Source: Podarcis muralis
Lineage: Eukaryota
Length of the DNA: 64,000 nt
Assembly (NCBI RefSeq): GCF_964188315.1
Contig: NC_135655.1
Coordinates: 82,584,001 to 82,648,000, forward strand
Reading direction: 5' to 3'
The notes under the pieces are model-generated. The model worked only from the letters and a program-made list of their open reading frames with translations. It was not told where the DNA came from and searched no databases. A program made the translations under genes and the position numbers. Shown in pieces: positions 12,882-25,182 of the stretch. The first letter of the stretch is position 1, and the number at the start of each line of letters is the position of its first letter.

Positions 12882-13859
12882 ATGCCTGAGGGAAACGATA
12901 GCACCATAACTGAATTCATTCTCCTGGGACTAACAGACAGGCCAGAACTCCAAGGTGTTTTGTTTGTGGTGTTCCTGATCCTGTACTTGATCACAGTCAT
13001 AGGGAATTTGGGCATGATCACACTGATTAGGGCTGATGCCCGACTGCACACTCCTATGTACTTCTTCCTCAGCCACCTGGCCTTCCTGGACTTCTCTTAC
13101 TCCTCAGCCATCACCCCAAAGACACTAATAAACCTTTTGGTTGAGAACAAGGCCATCTCACTGACTGGCTGTGCCGCTCAGATGTATAGCTTCATTGCAT
13201 TTGGGACTACCGAGTGCTTCCTTCTGGCAGTGATGGCCTACGATCGGTATGTGGCAATCTGTAAACCCTTGCTCTATACAGTCATCATGTCCCGACAGCT
13301 CTGCCTGCAGCTCCTTGTCACTTCTTACCTTTGTGGCTTTGGGATTGCAATGATACACACGAGCTGCGCATTCCGACTGTCCTTCTGTCACTCCAACCTC
13401 ATCAAGCACTTCTTCTGTGACGTGATTCCCCTCCTCAACATCTCCTGCACTGACACCAGAGCGAATGAGATCATTCTGTTCGCCTTCTGCATCTTCAACG
13501 GGCTCTTCATCACATTGGAGATATGCATTTCCTATATCTACATTGTCTCCGCCATCTTGAAAATCCGCTCCTCCGAAGGGCGGCGCAAAGCCTTCTCCAC
13601 CTGCGCTTCTCACTTGGCCGTTGTCATAATGTTCTTCGGGACAGCGGTTTTTATGTACATGCGCCCCAGCTCGGACTCCTCGCCAGACGAAGACAGGATT
13701 GTGTCAGTGTTTTACACTGTGGTGAACCCCATGCTGAACCCCTTGATCTACAGCCTGAGGAACAAGGAGGTGAAGGATGCCTTGAAAAGGGTGTTAAACA
13801 GGAAAAATGTGTTTTTCTCTTTGCAGAAAGATAAAAATGCACTTAAAACAACTGCTTAA
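12882..13859 (+). CDS. Olfactory receptor, OR5/8 group
   Basis: All canonical OR motifs. First ATG at 12882 (MPEGNDST, N-glycosylation site); the ORF-track start at 12846 is a TTG. Confidence 0.95.
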   Translation: MPEGNDSTITEFILLGLTDRPELQGVLFVVFLILYLITVIGNLGMITLIRADARLHTPMYFFLSHLAFLDFSYSSAITPKTLINLLVENKAISLTGCAAQMYSFIAFGTTECFLLAVMAYDRYVAICKPLLYTVIMSRQLCLQLLVTSYLCGFGIAMIHTSCAFRLSFCHSNLIKHFFCDVIPLLNISCTDTRANEIILFAFCIFNGLFITLEICISYIYIVSAILKIRSSEGRRKAFSTCASHLAVVIMFFGTAVFMYMRPSSDSSPDEDRIVSVFYTVVNPMLNPLIYSLRNKEVKDALKRVLNRKNVFFSLQKDKNALKTTA

Positions 13860-14013
13860 AATGACCTGACTCCTTTTGGTACATTCTTTTTCACAGCTGT
13901 AGAAAAATGTTCGCAATACAAGTATGGTGGTTCTATAATGTTCTTACTAGAAGAACTTCAGGCCCTTTTTTCCTTTATTACCTAGAGCCACTTCCTACAG
14001 TTATCAAAGATAA

Positions 14014-15909
14014 CACTGGTCAACAACAAATTTGTTGTCTGCGTTTTTTCAGCTGATTTAGTACGAATCTGATGCGCTGAATCCAAAAATCACATTGGTT
14101 TTGCTCAATCAGGTCAAGTTTTTGAGCTATGGCCACATGTCATTTTTTTACATTTTTGTTCACATGTACGCTTGTGTGGAGCATTTTAGAAGAAGTTGGT
14201 GGGGGTAAAATGCCATGTCGAATAATTGTTTTGATTGGAAATGATTATCTTAATGGCAAGAAGTATTCAGGTCCGATAGTTCTGGGTGATTATGTCAAAA
14301 AGGGATCAGTTTGAAGTCATAAAACCTCGAAATCTTCCATAAATTGGTGCGGCTGGGATCAACAGAAAGAACCGGAGCAGCCTCAAGTATCCTGATCTTC
14401 AATCAGCACGTCGTCCTGTAGCTCATTGTGATGAAATTCCAGTGCCTATCTTCGGAGAACTTCCTGACATTAGTGACGAAGATGCCTCCCGTATTGAAGG
14501 ACATGAAGAAGAAGAAGTGGTTCTTGAAGATGATGCTCCACATCCATTTTCCCAAAAGGAGTTGAATAATCTAGTTAGCGACCTCAGCTTGTCAAAGGAC
14601 TCTGCCGAACTGTTGGCATCCAGATTGAAGGAAAAAAACCTCCTCTCTGACAGTGCTCGCATCAGCTTCTTCCGCAACAAGCATCAAGAGTACCTCCGTT
14701 TTTTCTCGGAAGAGAAGGACTTGGTGTACTGTGCAGATATTGCGCAGCTTCTGCTCAAGCTTGGAGTGCCACAGTACAAACCCAAAGATTGGAGACTGTT
14801 CATTGACAGCAGCAAGCGATCACTGAAATGTGTTCTGCTACACAACGGCAACCAGTTTGCCTCTATACCCCTGGCTCACTCGAGTACACTGAAGGAGAAC
14901 TATGAAGCGGTGAAGTATGTGCTGGAGAAAATTGGTTATGATCAGCATAAGTGGTTTATTTGTGTTGACCTGAAGATGGTGAACTTTTTGTTGGGACAAC
15001 AGTCTGGCTTCACCAAGTACCCATGTTTTCTGTGCATGTGGGATAGTAGGGACCGTGCTCAGCATTACACGAAGAAGGACTGGCCTGTGCAGGAGGAATT
15101 GGTGCCTTGCAAAGAAAGGAACGTCATCAACGACCCTCTGGTGGACAGAGACAGAATACTCTTCCCACCGCTGCACATCAAGCTCAGCTTAATCAAGCAG
15201 TTCACCAAGGCTCTGGACAAGGATGGTGACTGCTTCACTTACTTGTGCCAGGCTTTTCCAGGATTGACCATGGAGAAGTTGAAAGCTGGCATCTTTGACG
15301 GTCCTCAGATCCATCAGCTCATCAGAGATCCAGAGTTCAGATACTCAATGAACGAAGTGGAACTGGAAGTGTGGAAGGCATTTGTTCTGGTAGTGAAGAA
15401 CTTTCTTGGCAACAATAAGGCCAGGAACTACGCAGAACTTGTCAACAACATGCTGACTGCTTTCAGAAACCTGGGCTGCAACATGAGTGTCAAGATGCAC
15501 TACCTATTTTCACATATGGACTGGTTTCCTGAGAACCTGGGTTCAATGAGTGATGAGCAGGGGGAGAGATTCCATCAGGACATGAAAGAGATGGAGACCA
15601 GGTATCAGGGTCGCTGGGACGCAGTCATGATGGCTGACTACTGTTGGACTCTGAAGAGAGACCTTCCTGCCACTGAGCATTCCAGGAGTTCCAAGAAATG
15701 GAAGTTCAAGCCCTGAAGTTTGAAAAATGGTGAAGCAACATGCAGTTTACATGTACTTACCTTTATCAATGCCCACCATTCAGTTTACAGTAAACCTGAC
15801 CTGATGGAGAGAAACGGATGCCATTTCCTGATTCAGCAGTGCAAAAATACCCTAAATCAGTTGTGGAAATCTAGACAACATTCAAAAAGTAAAAAATTGT
15901 TGCCCAGTG
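14014..15909 (+). mobile_element. Chapaev3-type (CMC superfamily) DNA transposon, N-terminal deletion derivative
   Basis: Termini CACTGGTCAACAA and TTGTTGCCCAGTG form a 13-bp TIR with 1 mismatch. TAA target-site duplication at 14011-13 and 15910-12. Internal transposase ORF. Confidence 0.85.
14355..15716 (+). CDS. Chapaev3-type DDE transposase, N-terminally truncated, uninterrupted frame
   Basis: Motifs FIDSS, CVDLK, FTKYPCFLC, HIKL and SDEQGERFHQ. The frame is open from GINRKN (14355) to the stop at 15716, with an in-frame stop at 14340 and no N-terminal Cys-rich region. Confidence 0.8.
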   Translation, partial: GINRKNRSSLKYPDLQSARRPVAHCDEIPVPIFGELPDISDEDASRIEGHEEEEVVLEDDAPHPFSQKELNNLVSDLSLSKDSAELLASRLKEKNLLSDSARISFFRNKHQEYLRFFSEEKDLVYCADIAQLLLKLGVPQYKPKDWRLFIDSSKRSLKCVLLHNGNQFASIPLAHSSTLKENYEAVKYVLEKIGYDQHKWFICVDLKMVNFLLGQQSGFTKYPCFLCMWDSRDRAQHYTKKDWPVQEELVPCKERNVINDPLVDRDRILFPPLHIKLSLIKQFTKALDKDGDCFTYLCQAFPGLTMEKLKAGIFDGPQIHQLIRDPEFRYSMNEVELEVWKAFVLVVKNFLGNNKARNYAELVNNMLTAFRNLGCNMSVKMHYLFSHMDWFPENLGSMSDEQGERFHQDMKEMETRYQGRWDAVMMADYCWTLKRDLPATEHSRSSKKWKFKP

Positions 15910-16187
15910 TAATTCATGCAAAAGTGAAGCAAATGATGCTTCTGTTGTTAAAATGTGCAGCTGCAGAAGTGACAGATGATGGTATGCATGTTTTAATGGC
16001 AAGCATATTTCTTAGAATCAGCCTCTTGACTTCATTCAGGACTCTTACTACTCCTGGCTTGTTCTCTCCACCTTTTTTTCCCTTTCTGCTTGTATCATTT
16101 TTACCAGACCAAGTAAGAGATGTTCCAAATATTAGCAATGACGTGATCAACAACCTGGTGCTGTGCCAAAAAAAATTACTGTTGTGC

Positions 16188-16218
<31 letters not shown>

Positions 16219-16486
16219 CAAAGGGGAAATTACCAAAGGTTTGGTGTAAGGAACTGTGCTTTCCATCCTTTCCTTACTTTCAGTGAAGAACCACAACATT
16301 GCCCAATGGTTGAACTGTAAAGAAGAACAGGCTCTCCAGAAACAAATGACAGGGTTACGCTTGTTTGTTTGTTTGTTTGTTTGTTTGTTTGTTTGTGTAC
16401 CATCCTTCAGCCAAAGGTCACAGGGCAGTTTACAAAATAAAAACACAAAAATACGTATTATAGTGACAGACGAAAAGAATACCCCC

Positions 16487-16487
16487 A

Positions 16488-16525
<38 letters not shown>
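16487..16525. repeat. (CA)n microsatellite
   Basis: Seen directly in the sequence. Confidence 0.9.
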
Positions 16526-16527
<2 letters not shown>

Positions 16528-16842
16528 GTTTAAAAGGCCATCAACTCCAAACTGGCAGAGAGACAATTTTCAAGCGCCCACATTATTAGGGATCTGGGGA
16601 GTTGCTACATGTAAGCATCCTCTCTACAACAGCTGCATGGAGCCACAAAGGACCCATTCCAATCTGGTACCCAAGCCTGAATATACCAAGCCACAGCACT
16701 GTACCAGTTGACTCTTGATATACAGAAGCTAATAAATGCTTCATTCAAGAACCTGTTCTTTTAGGACCTTGCAGTTAACCATTGTTGTGATGCTATTAAT
16801 TAGTTTCACTGAATTTAAAGCAGCACTCCCCTTCAGCTTCCA

Positions 16843-19737
16843 TGTGATCTACTCCCAGTAAAAAAAAATGGCAGTGATCTACCCATTGGGGAGGATTGCA
16901 CAGTTTTTTAACTTTTCCCCATAACTTTTTGTACATGATAAGGATCCCACAATCTACCAGGATCAGCCAGGGATCTACCGGTAGATTGCAATCTACTGGT
17001 TGCACATCCCTGCAAGACAGCATCTGCCTCGGAGCTGGACCTCAGTGTCCGGGCTGAACGATGGGGGTGGAGACGCTCCTTCAGGTATACAGAGGTATAA
17101 CCTGAAACTGTTCTTAACCTGAACACTTTAGCTAATGGGGCCTCCTGCTGCCGCTGTGCCGCCACTGCACAATTTATGTTCTCATCCTGAAGCAAAGTTC
17201 TTAACCCGAGGTAATATTTCTGGGTTAGCGGAGTCTGTAACCTGAAGCGTATGTAACCTGAAGCGTATATAACCTGAGGTACCACTGTACTGGGGTTGTG
17301 TCACTGCCCCCCAGGTGAATGTGATGGGAGGAGTGGATCTCTCACAGCTATGTCCACTTGAGTTATTGATACTTCACCAATAGGAACTCAATGGCTGGAG
17401 AGCAGAAGCTGCTGTCAGACTGAGAGTCAGTTTTGAGCCAAGGTCAGCCAATCAGCTTCATGGTTGAATAGGGATTTGAACCACTCTTTTTATCTCGACT
17501 GCTTCCATTTGGGGGCAACCATCACTAAGGCTACAAGTTGTACATTAGTGTACCAGAGCTATGCCTCACTGGAGGAGGAAGACCTTGATTCATACAGATT
17601 AAGGCATATTCTATATTTCTTGCAAATCCTCCCACCCATTTTACCTGTGGATGGGAAAGATGGGGGGGAAATGGGACTGATGCAATCACATCTAGCTTGA
17701 TCCTGACTTCAGTACATCAGTAGAGCTCATGCAAGGGTGTCTCAAAGGACCATCAAGTCCCAAAGAACCTGAGGCAATGTAGAAATACTCCTGCACTAGC
17801 TGATTCTAAGCCCTTTCAAAGCTGCAGTTTCCAACCTGGAAATATTGCAAGGTAATTTGAAACCAAAGCGCTACCTGGAAAACTGGACTCTTAATTTGTT
17901 AGCCAACAGAGGCTGTGTACCCATTTACTCTGCATCCAGTGTGTGTTCCCACCACTGGTTTGGGAAGCACTATGCACACGACATTAGCCACTACTCATAT
18001 CTATCCTGTGCCTGCACTTTGATGCATGTTTCCCTAAACCAGCTTCGGTCCAAATTAAGAAAAAGGATGACCTAGCTGCATTTTAAGCTCGTAGTGTGTA
18101 CATAACCTAAGACTAACCCTGTGCACGCTACCTTGGGAACAACACCCTGCCCGAAAACATAGTGAGCGTAAGTATGCATAGAACCAGGCTGTAAACCAGG
18201 GCTCTTTTTTCAGCCGGAACTCTCCGGAACTCAGTTCCGGCACCTCCCAGGTGGGCACCATTGCCATTATAAGAAAACAAGGGAGGTGTTCATGATGAGT
18301 TCCGGCACCTCCTTTTCTAGAAAAATAGCACTGCTTGAACTAATTTATTAAAAGACAGCAGAGCCCACACACTTTGCAGCTTAGTCGGTCATCTTCAGTT
18401 AATTGGTGAAATGTTTTTTCTTTTAAAAATGATGGAGAAAAGAATAGAAAACCATGGCCTGCTTAACTGAAATAGAAATCAGCATTATTATTTTTCATCC
18501 TGGCAAGGTTCCCCTGAATAGTACCATTAGGAACTGAAATATCTTAATGTTTTCATTCTTCAGGGAAACGGAAGAGCCAGCCTTTTTTGGAGCCATGTGA
18601 AGCACAGTAAGTCTGACTCATCTGTACAGTTTCTTGCAGCGTCTTGTAGACAAAAGGCCTGAGGCTCGCACTGTTGTTGAGGCACTCAAAACTAGCAATA
18701 ACCAGCAGATAGATGCCAGTTAAAATGTGAGGAGAAAATTGTGACAAACTTACTTGAAGGCTGAAGGGGGGGGGGGTCTTTACCATCCTCCTGAAAGGAC
18801 CAAGAGATGGATCTGATGAACTTTAGATGGAAGAGAATTTCATAATAGAGGAACCACCGTGAAGATGGCTTTGTTACCTTGCAGGTCAGCCTAACCTATG
18901 CATCTTTTGGTGGCTCATTGATATACCTCAGTATACAGAGAGGTACATAAGGGAAGCCCCTCTTAATGTTCCACCCCTGTGAGCTACATGTTTGATAATG
19001 ACCTTCTCTGTGGAGGCTCCTGGTTCTGAAATTTGGTGGGTACCCACATTGCTGGCCTTTAGACTCCATCCAGGTGAGTTCTTGACTGTTTGTTCTGGCA
19101 TTGCAGCAAAAATGCTGATGTTTGTGGTATTTCTGTTGTGTGTTCTGGTGGGATTTCTGTAGTATGTGGTTTTAAATTGAGAGTTGTTGTTATGCATTTG
19201 TTAAAACAAACATAGAAAGTAAAAAAAAAAAGTCACTCTGCTATGTGAGTAAATCGCCCTCTTTTAAAATATGTAAAATAGCCAAGCTAGTTTTTTAAAG
19301 TGACAACTTTGCCTTAGTGTGAGTTTACACAATCATTGTGTGCACTGTTAGTTTTAAATAAAAGCAATCCTGACCTTCGGCCTTCTCTCTGCTACTCCTT
19401 GCCTCTCTGCATCTTCTGTCTGTGATGACTGGCTCATTCTGTTTGATGGTAAGATTAGCCCTGCAGCAGGGGCAGAAAGCAGGGAGGGGAGACAATGCAC
19501 ATCAGGCCACCCACCCGCCTTGTTGCTGTGCTTCCTGGGAGGGAGAGGCAGTGGGGGGTGTCTGCACAATGCAGACACAGAAACAGAAGTGCCACATTGA
19601 CTCTGCTGTTGTGTTTGCACTGCAGCAACCTCCCCACCATCATACCCCTTCCTCTCTCCCTTCCAGTAAGCACAGGAATGTGGCAGGTGGGAGGACAGGC
19701 ATGTAGCACTCTCCATCAGGCACCCCCTGTCCTGGAG
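16843..19737 (+). repeat. Local segmental duplication, copy 2 (inserted, flanked by a 28-bp direct repeat)
   Basis: Flanks AAAGCAGCACTCCCCTT(C/G)AGCTTCCATG at 16817-16844 and 19738-19765. Confidence 0.92.
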
Positions 19738-21495
19738 AAAGCAGCACTCCCCTTGAGCTTCCATGAACCATAGCTTTTAAAAATATATACTATATAAATC
19801 TCCTAGGTGACTGTATATTGGAGTAGCCAGGGACACAATGGAGAGTGATTCTGCACCTTGAATTGTAGAGGAGCACAATGAAATGTTATCATCATTGCAG
19901 CCAGACGATGGTAGCAATGTGTAAAAGGGAAGATCTTGTGCTACTTTTTATGATGAAGGACTGCCACTGTTCTCTGAAGCTTTGGAGACAAGGAAAAAAC
20001 TTTCATTCAACAGTAAGAAAACTGTGCATTGCATCATGATAAATATTGTTGATTTGTCTTGCAAATTTATTGGCTGATATTTAAAAAACAAGGTCCTGTA
20101 TTGGTCAACCACCAACCCAGAACCCGGAATATAATAAAATACTATTAAACTTTGGTCCTCAAGGAGAGGCTAGCTTTATTGACTTCTTATCTGGCAACTA
20201 TTTCCAGCAACAGTAACAAAGATAGCAGCAGTTTATGTCTAGGATGTAAAAATAAACACAGAGAAGTGGAAGTGCTGTTTCATAGAATGGTAAATAATAT
20301 TTCATATATTTTGAAATGACGATATTAAGAGGAAATATGTGAGGATTGAAGCAAATAAAAAACAAGATCAGGGAATATCACACCTAAGAATCTAGGTGCA
20401 CAAGCAGGCAAGATTTACAAATAAATAATGATTAACAAAGGTGCAGTATTTTGTAAGCTGTTTTGTGGGCCAGTGTCGTCTGTGGACCTAATTGCATACC
20501 TGAGCTAGACAACAAAAAGGTAATCTGCTCTCATCAGGCTTCATTTTTCAGATGGAGGAAAGAGCCTGAACCAGTTAAGGTCTTATAAATGCTGCTATAT
20601 CTTTTTTTAAATCATGTACTATCTTATTCCATGGACTAAATTAGCAAGCTTTTAAAAAGCCGCTACTTAGTCTGACTTTTTCACTCACCAACACCCCAAA
20701 ACAAAGCCTTGAACTGTAAGCATTTCTTATAATTACATTAAAAGTCAGGTGTGGGTAATTAATTCAATATTTGCTTTTTTAAATTGTATTTATTGATAAC
20801 TGTCACATTTGAAGATGATAGGATTCCTTGGTGAAGAACCTTTTGTGATGTTTGTGTCTTGTTATTGGACATGTCTTTGTGAACCACTTTGAGGGTTTTT
20901 AAAAAAAATAACTCAGACGTAAGTAGCGTTTACATCCAAATCAGTATAATTCTGTGCACACTTACTTGGGAGTAAGTCCCTTTGAACTCTGAATAGACAT
21001 GTTACAGTTTTAAACTGAGAGAATGACTGTTATACAATAGGAATCTTTGATACTGTTTTGGTACTGCTTTATGTGGGTGCAATTATATTTATATATTTTC
21101 AGTGAAAGAGTCTGGAACTGTTAGTGCTAGAGAAATGGATATGTCAACTGAGATTTGAAAGAGGTCACAGCAATCAAGGACAGTTTAATTCTTATCACTT
21201 TCTTTCTCAAAATAATGTTGGAGGGAACATATATTGACAAACAAAAACACATACATATTTGTTATACGTTATTTTAATCCAGTTTTCAACTTGCATTTAC
21301 ATATTATTAATGGACAGTAGAATTATTAACATTGCTCAAGATTATCATTGATTAGGTTCCATGTTGTTATTTTTCTCAAATGTTTTATTCATAGATGGAG
21401 ACATTGATATCAAAATCCACTGGTATGAAGACACATTCCACTGCAGAAATACCAAAAGGTCCTTAGTGTGGAGACTCACATCATCAAATAACAAA

Positions 21496-22434
21496 ATGGC
21501 AAGAGAAAATCATACTGTAGTGGCAGAATTTTTCCTCTCAGGCCTCACAGAAAATCCTGAGGTAGCCATTATTTGTTTTCCCTTCTTTCTAGCAATATAC
21601 ATGATCACTTGTGTGGGGAATCTTGGGATGATTGTCTTGATTAGGATTGATTCCCGACTCCACACCCCTATGTACTATTTTCTCAGTAACCTAGCTTTTG
21701 TGGATTTCTGCTATTCCTCAACTATAACTCCCAAGACCCTGGTGAATTTTTTAGCTGTCAGGAAAGCCATTTCATTTGGTGGCTGCGTTGCACAATTGTT
21801 CACCTTTGTCCTGACTGCAAGCGTTGAGTGCCTTCTACTGGCTGTAATGGCCTATGACCGATATGTGGCCATTTGTAACCCACTCCTCTATACAGCCATA
21901 ATGACAAAGAAACTCTGTGCTCAGCTGGTAGGCATTACCTATCTTATCGCCTTTATCCATGCTCTTGCACAAACTATCTCCACGTTCAGGCTCTCCTTCT
22001 GTGCCTCCAATGTCATCAATCATTATTTCTGTGACATTCCCCCTCTCATAAAGCTCTCCTGCAGTGATACCTACAGTAATGAGATTGTGCTTTACACCTT
22101 TGGCACTTTCCATGGCATCTTCACCTCAGCAGAGATTGTGGTCTCCTATGTGTACATCATCTCCACGATCTTGCATATTCGCTCTTCTGAAGGCAGACGC
22201 AAAGCCTTCTCTACCTGTGCCTCTCACCTCACAGCTGTCTTGATATTTTATGGAACCACAGTGTTCATGTATGTCCGACCAATTTCAAGCTACTCTCTGG
22301 GCCGAGACAAAGTGATCTCTGTGTTCTACACAGTGGTGATCCCCATGCTGAATCCCCTGATCTACAGCCTGAGGAATAAGGAGGTGAAGGATGCGCTGAT
22401 GAGATTCTCAAGAAGGCTGAAGTTTTCTCAGTAA
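21496..22434 (+). CDS. Olfactory receptor, OR5/8 group
   Basis: Canonical motifs. Likely start MARENHT at 21496; the upstream in-frame extension is not OR-like. Confidence 0.95.
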   Translation: MARENHTVVAEFFLSGLTENPEVAIICFPFFLAIYMITCVGNLGMIVLIRIDSRLHTPMYYFLSNLAFVDFCYSSTITPKTLVNFLAVRKAISFGGCVAQLFTFVLTASVECLLLAVMAYDRYVAICNPLLYTAIMTKKLCAQLVGITYLIAFIHALAQTISTFRLSFCASNVINHYFCDIPPLIKLSCSDTYSNEIVLYTFGTFHGIFTSAEIVVSYVYIISTILHIRSSEGRRKAFSTCASHLTAVLIFYGTTVFMYVRPISSYSLGRDKVISVFYTVVIPMLNPLIYSLRNKEVKDALMRFSRRLKFSQ

Positions 22435-23642
22435 GCAAATGTTGTACATGAACAGAAACCCTGGTTAGAATAGATTGTTTCATGCATCGCTGGTACTCCT
22501 AACTGTGCAAAATTGAAATAAATAAAAAAATGTTTTTAACATTGGTATACTGTCCAATAACTAACATTCTCTGGGTGGCAAATATTACAGTTTGAAAAAA
22601 ATGTAAGATGAGAATCAATGGGGAAAGCAATGAATCCATATTTATAAATAAAAAAATAGAAGAGATAAAATAACCAGCTGAAAACTATATAAAACAGCAT
22701 TTAAAAGCACTAAAAGATTGTAAGAATTCAAAATACCTGGGAAAATAAAAAGGTATCAGCTAGTGCTGAAAGAGCAGGTGAGCCTCTCTGGAGAGTATAT
22801 CCTGTAATCGGGGTACATTGCCAAAAAGACCCTCCATTCAGTAACCACGTACTACAGCTCATTTAGTGGGGGGCAACCAGAAAAGGGTCTCTGAAGATGA
22901 CTTTAGGTCCAGATAGGCATATATGGATGGTGGTAATAATCAAGTAAGCTGGCCCCAAACCATTTAGGGCTTTATAGATTAAAATCAGTAGACCTATTGA
23001 AATGAATGGGCATGACTAAGTTAGGTTAATTGCAGTGGGGCGGCTCTGAGTAAAAAATAGTTGAATATCAAATGCTGATTTTATCAAATGCTGCATTGTG
23101 TAAGAAGGCATTAGCAATGGTGACCCACTTCGTTGTGGGCCCTTGTGCAAAATACAGTTTGAGCACCCAGTTTAGCTGGATTATACAGAGCAAAGGAAGC
23201 AGCAGCATAGGCAGATAGTTCATTTATGAAGCAGAAAAGCCATTAAAAAATATAAAAAACTCACAAAACAGCTGTCAAGAAGACCAGGTCTCCAAAACCT
23301 GGGATTCAGCCCCTTGCCAGTTTAGCAGGTGCCAACTGGACAGAGATGAAAAAAGGCAACCACTCCTGTAGTTCAACCAGGCTAAGCCAGGAGACTCCCA
23401 GACTTTACCAAACAACCACAAGACTCAAAAGAAAGCAAGAGCTAAGAACCATACTCTCTGCCTTGAGAGCCTTGAGGCTACAAGGTCACTCAGTAGCAAC
23501 TGGATCCACCACCATGGCTTTTCCCAAGAAACCACACCAGGATTGTAGAAGTAGATTTATTGAAATAATTAAACGTGACAGCAAAAAAGACAGAACCTGT
23601 GTGCCAGTGAGAAATATATTGTTAAAAAAATACTGTTTAGAG

Positions 23643-23863
23643 CCGCGGTTCCCAACGTGGGGCACACACTCCACAGGGGGGCAATTTGATTTGGGGGGGC
23701 AATATAGAAGCTTGTTTAGACCAAGTTAATGGCCTTTTGGGCTTCCTCCACATGAACATGAGTTCACTTTTTGAATAATAAGAATTATATATCACAGGGG
23801 AGGGCATCAGAATTTTACAGATGCTTAGGTGGGGCATGGCCAAAAAAAGGTTGGGAACCACTG
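23643..23863. mobile_element. hAT MITE
   Basis: Ends C(C)G(C)GGTTCCCAAC and GTTGGGAACCACTG. 8-bp TSD GTTTAGAG/GTTTAAAG. Confidence 0.8.
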
Positions 23864-25182
23864 GTTTAAAGCATAAAGTACAATTGGGAATTATAATACA
23901 GTAATAAAACAATAAAGCTAACTTAACAAAACACAAAGGTGTCAGTAAAGGTATGAGGCACAAGACAAAGAAATATGGGTAACTTTATATTACATGGCCT
24001 AGCAATGCAAGAAGAGTTTATCCATACTTCCCCTGTCACATCCTAGAAAGCATGGGACTAAGCGATTTGCTGCTTGTCCATTGGTCCAAGCAGCTTTCCT
24101 TTTGCCCCACTGCTTTTCCCTGGAAGACCCACTCTTTAGGGATAAATCAGAACAAATGACAATCTGTGCAAAACCCAATTTCCATTTGTTCCAATTCAGC
24201 TCTAAAGATTGGGTTTCCCTGAAGGAAAGCAGCGGGGCAAACGGAGGCATGGATGAGCTTGCAGGCTGGAAGTTTCCAGAACTTCCAGAGTGAACGTGTT
24301 GTCACAGGGCTCATCCCCACTTCCACTTGCCCCACCATTTTCCCATGGGGACACCCACGGTTTATCGTTGAAATGGGCAATCAAGTTTTCCCCGGATAGT
24401 CATTTGTTCCAAATTAGTGCTAAAGAGTGGATTTTGCAGAGGACAAGCCGAAGTGTGGACAAGCCCTCACTTAATACATAGCATGAGGTAGCATATCTTC
24501 ATTTTCCTTAAATAATGCCACTGTTCTTACCGGGAAGACAGCATGTGAGGAAGTGGGGATTATCTCTTCAAGGGATTTTTTTTTTCAAAGTTTCTGACTG
24601 CACAGGGTGGAGGGGTAAGGTAATCTCCATTTCGACTGAGGTGGGGGAATGAAAAGATAACCCTTTCCTCCCCACACACTGACTTACCTGCCAGAACTGG
24701 GCTCCCCTGCACCTGTAATTCACACGTCCCTAACATGGTGGAGTTAGCATATTTACAAAGAAAATATACCCGAAGAATTTGCACAGCCAAGACCATCAAC
24801 CTTATTAAATGTGCATGTGAGCTTCTGTAGACCAAAGGGTTATTACCTGCATTGTATAGCTAAAGGGGACACACAGAGACTTCCCTCCGATCCTCTGTTA
24901 CTCCAAGTAAGCAGGAAAGGAATTGAATGAGCAATTCAAGAAAATATAACTGACAAAGACCTTTTTCTCCCTTCTTGAGCCTTCATACAAAGTAGTGAGG
25001 ATTGGGTGCCAGTGAGGTTGGAAAATATATCATTTCACCTAACTTCAACCCTGCCAGTTGTGACTGATTTAAGGTGCAATCCAATGTATGTCGATTCAGA
25101 ATCAAGTCCCACTGACTTACAACACCCAGGTAAGGATATAGAGGGATCAACTTAGATGAACTTGATGGGGAACAAAAGACTA

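Noticed and set aside
13158-13613. Antisense ORFs over OR genes
   Set aside because: Shadow frames expected opposite OR coding sequence, seen over several ORs here.
14442-15716. Domesticated host gene for the 424-aa ORF
   Set aside because: It still sits between TIRs with a TSD, has a GTG start and is N-terminally deleted. No evidence for domestication.
15720-16711. ORFs of 139-157 aa after the transposon
   Set aside because: They run across the TIR and microsatellites and have no recognisable motifs.
21361-21495. 45-aa N-terminal extension of the OR ORF
   Set aside because: Spans an acceptor-like TTTTATTCATAG. The conventional start is MARENHT at 21496.
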